From Candidatus Heimdallarchaeum aukensis (lineage in GTDB: Archaea > Asgardarchaeota > Heimdallarchaeia > Heimdallarchaeales > Heimdallarchaeaceae): a stretch of 64,000 bases of DNA. The translations under genes were made by a program, and so were the position numbers. The DNA is taken from positions 2,432,001 to 2,496,000 of the forward strand of contig CP084166.1 in assembly GCA_021513695.1 (NCBI GenBank), given 5' to 3'. Shown here in pieces: positions 20,359 to 28,732 of the stretch. The notes under the pieces were generated by a model. The model did not search any database and had not been told where the DNA came from. It saw only the letters and a program-made list of their open reading frames with translations. How positions within the stretch are numbered: the stretch's first letter is position 1; each line of letters starts with the position of its first letter.

Positions 20359-21141
20359 TTACTCCTTTGATTTATTTACTTTGTGAATGATATCAGTTAT
20401 TTCTTCAGTTAAACCTCCAGGCATGAAAATAACAACTTTCTCACTGGGGTCTTGGGCTATATCTCTTATGGTTTGCAATGTCCTAAGTTGTAAACCACCT
20501 TTTGTTTTAGTTAAAATTGTAGCAGCTTCAGATAGCTTTTTAGCTGCGATGAATTCACCTTCAGCTTTAATAATAACTGCACGTTTATCTCTTTCTGCTT
20601 CAGCTTGGATAGCAAAAGCTCTTTTCATTTCAGCTGGAAGTTCAATTTCTTGCATTTTAATTGCTTCAATATCTACTCCCCATTCACTTGTTTCTTTATC
20701 AACGATTTTCTTGATGTCTGCAGCTATTTGATCTCTCTCAGTTAAAACTTGGTCTAATTCCATTGTTCCAATGGTGTCTCTTAATGCAGCTTGTGTGTAT
20801 TGCTGAACTGCATAACGATAGTTAGCTATTTTTATCACTGCATCCTCCGGTCTTTCTACTTTGAAATAGACTACAGCATTAGTCAGAACAGGAATATTGT
20901 CCTTTGTCATAACTTCTTGTCGAGGAATATCTTGGGTAATTATTCTTAAATCAACTTTTACTCCTTTCTCTAATATAGGGATAACATACACGAGTCCTGG
21001 TCCTATCGTTCGTACATACTTACCAAGTCTAAAGACTACTATTCTTTCATATTCATAGGCTAATTTCAAACCAGAGATAAAAAATAAGCCAATTAAAACC
21101 ACGGCTACACTAATAATAACAATAAGCACTTCTTCTTCCAT
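20359..21141 (-). CDS. SPFH/band-7 (stomatin/prohibitin-like) membrane protein
   Basis: An N-terminal TM helix is followed by an SPFH core (YERIVVFRLGKYVRTIGPGLVYVIP...TKDNIPVLTNAVVYFKV) and a coiled-coil tail. Confidence 0.8.
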   Translation of the reverse strand: MEEEVLIVIISVAVVLIGLFFISGLKLAYEYERIVVFRLGKYVRTIGPGLVYVIPILEKGVKVDLRIITQDIPRQEVMTKDNIPVLTNAVVYFKVERPEDAVIKIANYRYAVQQYTQAALRDTIGTMELDQVLTERDQIAADIKKIVDKETSEWGVDIEAIKMQEIELPAEMKRAFAIQAEAERDKRAVIIKAEGEFIAAKKLSEAATILTKTKGGLQLRTLQTIRDIAQDPSEKVVIFMPGGLTEEITDIIHKVNKSKE

Positions 21142-21434
21142 TTTCTATCAACTCTTTAGTCTAAGTTCTTTACATTAATCCTCAATTTTAAATCTATCCA
21201 AATAAAGTTCAATTTTTCTGATGTTCCAGCTGTGTCTTTAATTAGAATTAATATTTTTACCTACTTTCTAAAATCCAAAAATCGTTAATTTGCAAATGCT
21301 TTTAAATGAGAACAGTTTTACGTAACTTGAAGTTTTAAAATAATTCCTTATTTGTTTCAAAATAATGCAATTGTTTTAAACACTATGAAACACTAACTAC
21401 GATACAACACGATGTTAGATAAAACCAGTATACG

Positions 21435-22727
21435 GTGATAAAAATAAAATTCAACGAATTACCATTGACACATGAAACCATGCTAGCGATAGAAAAAATT
21501 GGTTTCACAACATTAACAGATATTCAAGAACAAGCTATTCCTCAGATACTTGAAAGAAATGACACTCATGTTTTAGCTCAAGCAAAAACAGGAACAGGAA
21601 AAACACTTTCTTTTGCAATTCCTTTGGTAGAAAAACTTGATCCAAAGAAGAAAATTGTTCAAGCAGTAATTATTGTTCCAACAAGAGAGCTGTGTAAACA
21701 AGTTCATTCAGTTATTAAAGAAGTATCAAGATATAGACGCTTTAAAACAGTAGAAGTCTATGGAGGAGTATCTATAAACAGACAAATAGAAAAAATAGAA
21801 TCAGGGGCACAGATTGTTATAGCTACCCCGGGGAGACTAATTGATCTTTACTATAGAGAGGTAATAAATCTAGATAAAGTAAGATTTGCCGTTTTAGATG
21901 AAGCAGATAAAATGTTAGATATGGGATTTTTCCCAGATATAGAGTTTATCTTGTTTGAAGCAATGAAAAATGCTAGACCACATTTAATGCTATTTTCAGC
22001 AACAATTATAGACACAATAAGAGAAATCGCTTTTGATTTCACTATTGGTCAAAAGTTATTGGAAATTGACGTATCTCATGACTCATTAACAGTTGAAAGT
22101 TGTGAACAATATTATTATAAAGTAAATGACCAAAGATACAAATATTCTACATTCAAACAGATTCTAAAAAAAGAGAACCCTAAATTTAGTATTATTTTTG
22201 TAAATACCAAAAAAATGGCAAACATTTTAGCAAAAAGATTACGACATGAAAAGGATTTATCTCTAAGAGTAGACATGCTACACGGTGATATGACACAAAG
22301 ACAAAGGGAGATAGTTACTAATCGTTTTAGAAAAAAACAATTAAATTGCTTGATTGCAACAAATGTAGCAGCAAGGGGATTAGATTTTCCACATATTACT
22401 CATATTTTCAATTATGATATACCTGACACAGTAGAAAACTATGTTCATAGGGTAGGTAGAACATCAAGAATGGGTTCATCTGGGACAGCTATTTCTTTAG
22501 TAGTTGATGATGGTAAACAATTAAGCCAGTTATATGCGATAGAACAATTTATTGATCTAGAAATAAAGAGACAACACATAAAATTCTCAAAAAGTGAACA
22601 TTCGGCTTCTAGTAATAGAGAAAAAAAACATAATGAAAATTCTAGTAATAGGTATAAAAATAAAAGTTCTAAAAAATCCAAATCTCCCTATTACAAAAAG
22701 GTCTATTCACAGATTGAAAGAAACTAG
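21435..22727 (+). CDS. DEAD-box ATP-dependent RNA helicase
   Basis: It has the Q motif (TDIQEQAIP), motif I AQAKTGTGKT, motif II VLDEADKML, SAT, and motif VI HRVGRTSRMG, with a basic C-terminal tail. Confidence 0.9.
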   Translation: MIKIKFNELPLTHETMLAIEKIGFTTLTDIQEQAIPQILERNDTHVLAQAKTGTGKTLSFAIPLVEKLDPKKKIVQAVIIVPTRELCKQVHSVIKEVSRYRRFKTVEVYGGVSINRQIEKIESGAQIVIATPGRLIDLYYREVINLDKVRFAVLDEADKMLDMGFFPDIEFILFEAMKNARPHLMLFSATIIDTIREIAFDFTIGQKLLEIDVSHDSLTVESCEQYYYKVNDQRYKYSTFKQILKKENPKFSIIFVNTKKMANILAKRLRHEKDLSLRVDMLHGDMTQRQREIVTNRFRKKQLNCLIATNVAARGLDFPHITHIFNYDIPDTVENYVHRVGRTSRMGSSGTAISLVVDDGKQLSQLYAIEQFIDLEIKRQHIKFSKSEHSASSNREKKHNENSSNRYKNKSSKKSKSPYYKKVYSQIERN

Positions 22728-22782
22728 TTATTCTACTTTTTCTATTTTATTTTTTTAAATAGTCTTTAGGAACTCATTAATT

Positions 22783-23601
22783 TTATTTTTCCAATTGCGA
22801 TGTCAAGATTAGCAAATCTTTTTGGAATTTTTGGTATTTGTTATCACTTTTTTCTGAATCAGAGATAAGAGAAAGGATTTTTTGAAGATTCATTCTATGT
22901 ATCTCCTTCTCTTCAGGAGTAAACTTAGAGAAATCTACTTTTCCTGATTTCAACCCTTGTAAGTAATCCAAGTTTCTTTTTATTAAACTCCTGTCTTTTT
23001 GTATTTCATCGTGACCTGTGATTAACCACCTATAGTCAAAAGAAAGATATTTTTCTAATGTGTCGACATAAGATTCAAAATCTAAATTGTTAATGTAAGG
23101 AAAGGGATATTCAACATTATCTCCAACAAACAGAGCTTTATCCTGAATGTCAAAACAAGAAGCCGATTCTGCTGTATGTCCTGGACTACTAAAAAAGACT
23201 ATTTGATCCTCAGGGAAAAAAAGTTTTGAATGAAACAGAAGGTTGGGTTTAACTAATGAGACTTTTCCCTTCTGATGTTTTCCATATTTATTCAATTCTT
23301 TTTCTGCTTTTGTTCTGAACACTTTCTCAAAATGTTCTTGGGCTATAATTATTTGTTCTGTAAAAAAGCAGTTTCCCCAAATATGGTCATAATCTGCGTG
23401 AGAATTAAAAATAATAACCTTTCTAGGAAAAACCTTTTTTTGTTCTTTCAGATGTTTAAAGACACTTTCCATTGATTCTGGACCCAAAAACGTATCACAA
23501 ATGAATGTATGTTTCTTTCCAATAATCACGAAAACATTTGTTCTATATGGTTCTGAAAAGGTGAATAAAATCCCCCTTTTTCCTATCTCTTGAATTTCCA
23601 T
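22783..23601 (-). CDS. metallo-beta-lactamase-fold hydrolase
   Basis: It has the HxHxDH motif (NSHADYDHIWGN) with downstream His/Asp ligands (SPGHTAES, VGDNV, ITGHDE). Confidence 0.7.
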   Translation of the reverse strand: MEIQEIGKRGILFTFSEPYRTNVFVIIGKKHTFICDTFLGPESMESVFKHLKEQKKVFPRKVIIFNSHADYDHIWGNCFFTEQIIIAQEHFEKVFRTKAEKELNKYGKHQKGKVSLVKPNLLFHSKLFFPEDQIVFFSSPGHTAESASCFDIQDKALFVGDNVEYPFPYINNLDFESYVDTLEKYLSFDYRWLITGHDEIQKDRSLIKRNLDYLQGLKSGKVDFSKFTPEEKEIHRMNLQKILSLISDSEKSDNKYQKFQKDLLILTSQLEK

Positions 23602-23816
23602 TATTATAACACAAATTAATGTTCTCTTTAATTTTTCTTTTTAGTAATAAAAAAATTGTTCATTACTAAGAAATGCTAAAAAGCAATTTATAGTTTCAAT
23701 TATTTTATGATTTTTGGCTTTATTGACGTTTTTATGTCAGTTTTATAAGAGTTGTTCGAGTTTTTGCAAAAACGAAAATAGTTATAAGATGGTCGGTGTC
23801 ATCTCCTATGACGTAA

Positions 23817-24113
23817 ATGATAGAACGAATGCGCTTTTGTGCACAAGCATTAATATCTGCTTTAGAGAATAATCAAACTCCTACAACTTGTCTAGATGAA
23901 TTTATTAGTTCGGTAAGAGATGCTTGGATAAAATTTGAACAGGGTCAAATAACAGTAGCAATAAATCAACTTCCAAGACCGATGTACATGTTTGTTATAG
24001 AAGAATTACCAAAAGTGATTAATGACCCTTCACAAAAAGAAAAAATAATTAAAGAATTAAAACTTTTTTTGAATACAATTGATTTAATTATTCAACCTAA
24101 AGAAATTAATTAA
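23817..24113 (+). CDS. hypothetical protein
   Basis: This 98-aa ORF has no motif. Confidence 0.3.
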   Translation: MIERMRFCAQALISALENNQTPTTCLDEFISSVRDAWIKFEQGQITVAINQLPRPMYMFVIEELPKVINDPSQKEKIIKELKLFLNTIDLIIQPKEIN

Positions 24114-24145
24114 GACAGTTTAAACACTTTCAATAATTTTTTTGA

Positions 24146-24190
24146 ATCTATTCAAAATCTATTCAAAATCTATTCAAAATCTATTCAAAA
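24146..24190. repeat. 11-bp tandem repeat (atctattcaaa) x4, intergenic
   Basis: Four direct head-to-tail copies are visible in the sequence immediately downstream of 23817..24113. Confidence 0.8.
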
Positions 24191-24280
24191 TAAGCTTAAA
24201 AAATAAAAAAAATGATTGTTAGTTCCTTAAAACAATGTTTTAAGTTATTCTTATTCTATAATAAAAAAGATGATTTGTTA

Positions 24281-24415
24281 TTAATAACGATTATATCTTC
24301 TATTATTTTGTCTATGTTTTCTATAACAATCTTGACAATAGACGGGTCTTTCACCATCTGGTTTGAAAGGTACCTGTGCATTTTTTCCACAGTCATCACA
24401 AACGATGTCAAACAT
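24281..24415 (-). CDS. small zinc-ribbon protein (44 aa; CxxC-x17-CxxC), not in the ORF track
   Basis: My translation of the minus strand gives MFDIVCDDCGKNAQVPFKPDGERPVYCQDCYRKHRQNNRRYNRY, with ATG at 24415 and TAA at 24281-24283. The listed plus-strand ORF 24212..24493 is probably its antisense shadow. Confidence 0.45.
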   Translation of the reverse strand: MFDIVCDDCGKNAQVPFKPDGERPVYCQDCYRKHRQNNRRYNRY

Positions 24416-24896
24416 TTCACGATTGTCTATGTAATTTTCTCTACTCAATATATTTCACCGATTATTGATTGGTTATACTTGAAAGTTCATTAGGATCCAA
24501 AAAATAGTTGAGACTAATTTAATGATTCTAAAAGTGAACTACAAATATACTAAGTTAATGAAATATATGTAGTATTTAAATTCTAGGTTTGAACTCAAGA
24601 ATTATTTATTTGATTTAAACTCAAAGTAAAAAGTCCTTCTAAACTTTCAAAGTTACTCTTATTGTTATTCTTAATGCTTTATTTTTCTTTTTTATCTGTT
24701 TTCTAGTCATATAATTTTTTTATCAAGACACATTTGTATTTGAAAAAAGAGAACTTTTTTTACATTAGTAGGAGAACTAACATTTTATTGATAAATTCTT
24801 GGATTATATATTAGCAAAAAATAATTATAAAAAAAACAGATTTTTCTACAATTTTCTTTAAATTTCAAAATCTATTTAAGTGAAAATGCATTCTTT

Positions 24897-25166
24897 TTGT
24901 TAGTACAATTGGTGAGTAAAGTGGATAGTTCTGATTCTTCTATTATAGTTGAAAAAATTAAAAAAGAAATAAATAGTTATGAATCTTCGAGGGCGAAAGG
25001 AAAAAAACTTATTTTTGAGAAATCTACTCCTGAACTTCTAAATAGTTTAGTACAGTTTCTAAATGATTTTTTTGATAAGTATTCTAAAACAGAAAAAGTA
25101 GAAGAAATTAACGAATTTGTCGATCATCTATATTCTACATTAAGGTGGAAGAAAAATGATTACTAG
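24897..25166 (+). CDS. small hypothetical protein, first gene of a three-gene operon (overlaps the next start by 11 nt)
   Basis: This 89-aa charged alpha-helical protein is translationally coupled to the Rad50-like ATPase gene. Confidence 0.35.
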   Translation: MLVQLVSKVDSSDSSIIVEKIKKEINSYESSRAKGKKLIFEKSTPELLNSLVQFLNDFFDKYSKTEKVEEINEFVDHLYSTLRWKKNDY

Positions 25167-26982
25167 TGTAAGCGTGAAAAATTGGAAAAAGTTTGATCAA
25201 CAAAAAGAATGGACTTTTGATAAAGGAATCCAACTTATTTATGGTCCTAACACAAGCGGTAAATCTTCTCTCCTCGAAGCTATCTATTTTGCTTTTTTTG
25301 GAGTAAATGAGAAGGTAGATGGAAACCCTACTTATAATTCGAATGAATCTGCAATTGTAACTGTTGATTTCATCTCTGATACTGGAGATAAGTATAGAAT
25401 AATCAGGAGTTATAAGAAAATTAAAAGAAAAGAAGAATCTTTTACACTTTACAAATTGGTTGATGGAAAAGAGGAGTTTTTCTCTGAAAACCCTCAAGAT
25501 GCAATTAAACTCTACGGAAAATTTGAAGATATTTTTACTCACATAATTTTTCTAAAAGAAGGAGAAATATACAGAACGCTATCGCGGATGAAAAGTAACT
25601 TAGATGAAGAACTATCCTATTTGTTGAACTTACAACGATTTGACGTTCTTCGTGAGAAATTGAGAGAAACAAGACTTAAGGTAATTAAGAAACAGAAAGA
25701 AAGTGTAAAGAAAGATCCAGCGTATTTGTCTGAAAAAGAGATAAACGAGTTTAAAGAGAAGTTGCATAGTCTAAATAATGAAAAAGAGAAGTTGGAAGGA
25801 AAGAAAAAGAAAGTAATCCACGATAAGAAACTTGCTGAGAAAAGATTTTCATTAAATAAAAAGTTGAAAGAGCTTGATTCTGAAAAACAAAAATATGGTG
25901 AAACAATAAAAAATATTAGAACCAAGTATGAAAATAAAGAATCTTTGATTGATTTTTTGAACAATGAAATTGCGGTATTAGAAAATAAAAATGAACAGTT
26001 AGATATAAAATGTTCTAAACTTAGCAGCGAAAAAGCTGAAAAAGAAGGAGAAAAAAGGAGACTAAATAAATTAATTAATGAAATTAACTCATTCAAATCT
26101 TCTGGAACTACCACATGTCCTACTTGTTATCAAAAAGTCGACCCTATGATTCTTCAAGAAGCTATTGAGGGTTTCAGCAAAAAAGTTAAAGATTTAGAAA
26201 ATGCATTGTTTCAACTTAATTCTTCCATAAATGAAATTAATGAAGAAAAGAGAATAATCTCTCAAAAGATAAGGGAAATTAAAGAAGACTTATTTGATCT
26301 TGAAAATGCTAAAAAAGGAATCAGTTTCATTCAACAGGAGATAAATGAGATAAACAATTATCTAAACTCACTTCCCCACACTGAAAATATTGAAAATTAT
26401 TCAATGCAGATAGAAGATCTAGAAGACGAAATAAGTAACATTAATGTGGAAATAAGAACAGTAGAGAAAAAGTTGAGTTCAAGTAAACAAGAAGGGATAA
26501 TGATTGACGAGTTAGAATTTCAAGAAAAGTTTATTGAATTAGTTGAAAATAAACTGAGTGAATATAAAGATGAGTTGCTTGAAAGAAAATTAAATGAAAT
26601 TAAAGGAGTAATAAAAGAAAAATGGGCAGAAATATGGGATAAAGAAATTTGGTCCATAGAATTTGATGACAATTTAGTTCCTACAATTAGCTTTAAGTAT
26701 AAAGGAACAACTATTCAACAAAATTTGCGCAGTTTTTCAGCGAGTGAAAAAATACTTTTAAGTGTCATTTTACGCGCTGCTTTAATTGATAAACTTTTAA
26801 GCGTAAAAACAATGATTCTAGATGACCCCTCAATCTTTTTAGACCAAGAAAGTGTTAAAATTGCTGCTCGATTCTATCGTGAACTTATAGATAATAAACA
26901 TGTGGATCAGATAATTATGACCACATTTGATGAATCTTTCAAAGAATTATTAAAACCTGAAAAAGTGATAAACCTTGAGTAA
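25156..26982 (+). CDS. Rad50/SbcC-like SMC-family ATPase with central CxxC zinc hook
   Basis: It has Walker A GPNTSGKSS, a long coiled coil with CPTC at its midpoint (about residue 310 of 608), an ABC signature-like FSASEKILLSVIL and Walker B/D-loop TMILDDPSIFLD. The H-loop His appears to be missing (QIIMTTFDE). Confidence 0.75.
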   Translation: MITSVSVKNWKKFDQQKEWTFDKGIQLIYGPNTSGKSSLLEAIYFAFFGVNEKVDGNPTYNSNESAIVTVDFISDTGDKYRIIRSYKKIKRKEESFTLYKLVDGKEEFFSENPQDAIKLYGKFEDIFTHIIFLKEGEIYRTLSRMKSNLDEELSYLLNLQRFDVLREKLRETRLKVIKKQKESVKKDPAYLSEKEINEFKEKLHSLNNEKEKLEGKKKKVIHDKKLAEKRFSLNKKLKELDSEKQKYGETIKNIRTKYENKESLIDFLNNEIAVLENKNEQLDIKCSKLSSEKAEKEGEKRRLNKLINEINSFKSSGTTTCPTCYQKVDPMILQEAIEGFSKKVKDLENALFQLNSSINEINEEKRIISQKIREIKEDLFDLENAKKGISFIQQEINEINNYLNSLPHTENIENYSMQIEDLEDEISNINVEIRTVEKKLSSSKQEGIMIDELEFQEKFIELVENKLSEYKDELLERKLNEIKGVIKEKWAEIWDKEIWSIEFDDNLVPTISFKYKGTTIQQNLRSFSASEKILLSVILRAALIDKLLSVKTMILDDPSIFLDQESVKIAARFYRELIDNKHVDQIIMTTFDESFKELLKPEKVINLE

Positions 26983-28579
26983 AACTAAATTTTTATTCGT
27001 TTTTGACACTTCTTTTTTTTGGTCTCTTTTAAATGTTAATCGGCATCAATTGATCCAAGATATTAAAGAAGTATTTGACTATGTTCCAAATATTCAATAT
27101 ATTGCTCCCAAAGTGATTTTAAAGGAACTATCTGGAAAATATAAAGATAAATGTCCTTTTCTAGAGCGGCATATTCAATTTACAGACATTGAAATTACAG
27201 AGGAGGAATTAAAAGAACTTAAAAAATTGAATAGTTCCTTGCCTAATCATGCATTTGAGAGAAAGGAAAAAGGTGATTACATAATAATTAACACTGCAAA
27301 AAAGTATGATGATTCAGAAGCAGTCAAATTTGTTGTAAGTAATGACGAGGGAATTCATCTGTTTCTTGATCAAGCTATCCCAGAAGAGAAAATAAAACCA
27401 ATCTGGGTAGCTAGATTTTTATCCTTTTTAGCCAAACAATCCTTAACTAAAAACCAAAAACGAAGGTTTACTCAAGCATCTGAAATGCTAGAAGAATATA
27501 TTGATACTTATCGTATAAAATCAAAGAGAGGAGAAACACCCTTTTACGATATAGAAAAAATACTAATGTCAGCTAAATTTTTACCTGCTGAAGAACAAAT
27601 TAATAGATTGCAAGAAGCTCTAGAAAATCAGATAATTACAGGAGAAAAAAGTGATACACTTCCTTCTTTTATTAATCAAATAGGCTCAAAACTGCATCAA
27701 ATCTTTTCCTATATAGATTTAGGTGAAACAAATGTTATTGAATCTCAACTCGAATCTGTAGAAGTAATAATTATGAATTTAAGTTTAGAGCAACGAGAGA
27801 CAGTTTACAAAATTATCAGTTTTTACCTGATTACAATTTTAAATCGGTTAGCTTCAATTTATGACCAAAATGGAGCTTTTTCTGGAATTGTTTCTGCATT
27901 AGAAAGAGCAAAGTTTTACTTAAAATATGTTGATGAATATGAAGACAAAAGTCAACTTTATGCAATTTTAAGTTGGATACACCTATTAAATAATTCAAAC
28001 GATTTATCACGGTATTATTTTTCAAAGGTAACAGATAAAAACTTTGAACTAGCAAAGAAACTAACAGCGTTGTTGGAACTGTATGATACTCCATTGGCAA
28101 AGATCGATACAAGATTGTATGAACTAGTTCCATCAGAAACTTGGAAAAACCTTAACGAAACACTAGCTATCTGTCCCAATAGACTACTACGAGAGAAAAT
28201 AGCCTATATTGTGAATACCTTTGAAATAAAACCCTCATTTGTTTTTGATGCAAGGCATTTTAATTTAAAAAATATGGAAATAAAAGAAAACTCTTTGCTT
28301 TCATTTCTAAAAGAGCAGTTTAGAATATTGAATATAATAAAAAAAGAAAGTTCAGTAGTAATTGAGTGTCATGACAGTAAAATAGGTCAAATTGAACTTC
28401 GTTTGCCTATCATCAGGACTATACTTAAAGTGTCACCTGGTGATTTAATAAGCTTTAGAGGGGGAACAATAGCAAAAATAAAGAAACCAAGTCCTGGAAA
28501 AAAACATTCTGCAACAATATATTTCAGTAAATTAGAAGAAGATGATTGTATTATTTCAAAAGATAGTAAACTGATTTAG
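26975..28579 (+). CDS. PIN-domain protein (N-terminal ~130 aa) with a large uncharacterised C-terminal region
   Basis: It starts on TTG and overlaps the upstream stop by 8 nt. It has PIN-like acidic residue spacing: FVFDTSFF (D8), ILKELSG (E~50), KGDYIIINTAKKY (D~102), VVSNDEGIHLF (D~124). Confidence 0.5.
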   Translation: MSKTKFLFVFDTSFFWSLLNVNRHQLIQDIKEVFDYVPNIQYIAPKVILKELSGKYKDKCPFLERHIQFTDIEITEEELKELKKLNSSLPNHAFERKEKGDYIIINTAKKYDDSEAVKFVVSNDEGIHLFLDQAIPEEKIKPIWVARFLSFLAKQSLTKNQKRRFTQASEMLEEYIDTYRIKSKRGETPFYDIEKILMSAKFLPAEEQINRLQEALENQIITGEKSDTLPSFINQIGSKLHQIFSYIDLGETNVIESQLESVEVIIMNLSLEQRETVYKIISFYLITILNRLASIYDQNGAFSGIVSALERAKFYLKYVDEYEDKSQLYAILSWIHLLNNSNDLSRYYFSKVTDKNFELAKKLTALLELYDTPLAKIDTRLYELVPSETWKNLNETLAICPNRLLREKIAYIVNTFEIKPSFVFDARHFNLKNMEIKENSLLSFLKEQFRILNIIKKESSVVIECHDSKIGQIELRLPIIRTILKVSPGDLISFRGGTIAKIKKPSPGKKHSATIYFSKLEEDDCIISKDSKLI

Positions 28580-28732
28580 CATTGTTTCTATTCATTCACT
28601 ATCGAATTATTTTACTTTGGAAAGAATAAGATGTAATGCAATAAATTATGCAGACTTAAAAAATAACATGCGTGTTTGCAATCATTTAAAATATACTTAT
28701 ATACTCTCTTTAAAAGAACACATGATGCATAT

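Noticed and set aside
24212-24493. Listed plus-strand ORF of 93 aa
   Set aside because: The sequence is low-complexity and hydrophobic (ILSMFSITILTI...) and lies antisense to a clean zinc-ribbon ORF. I judged it a shadow ORF.
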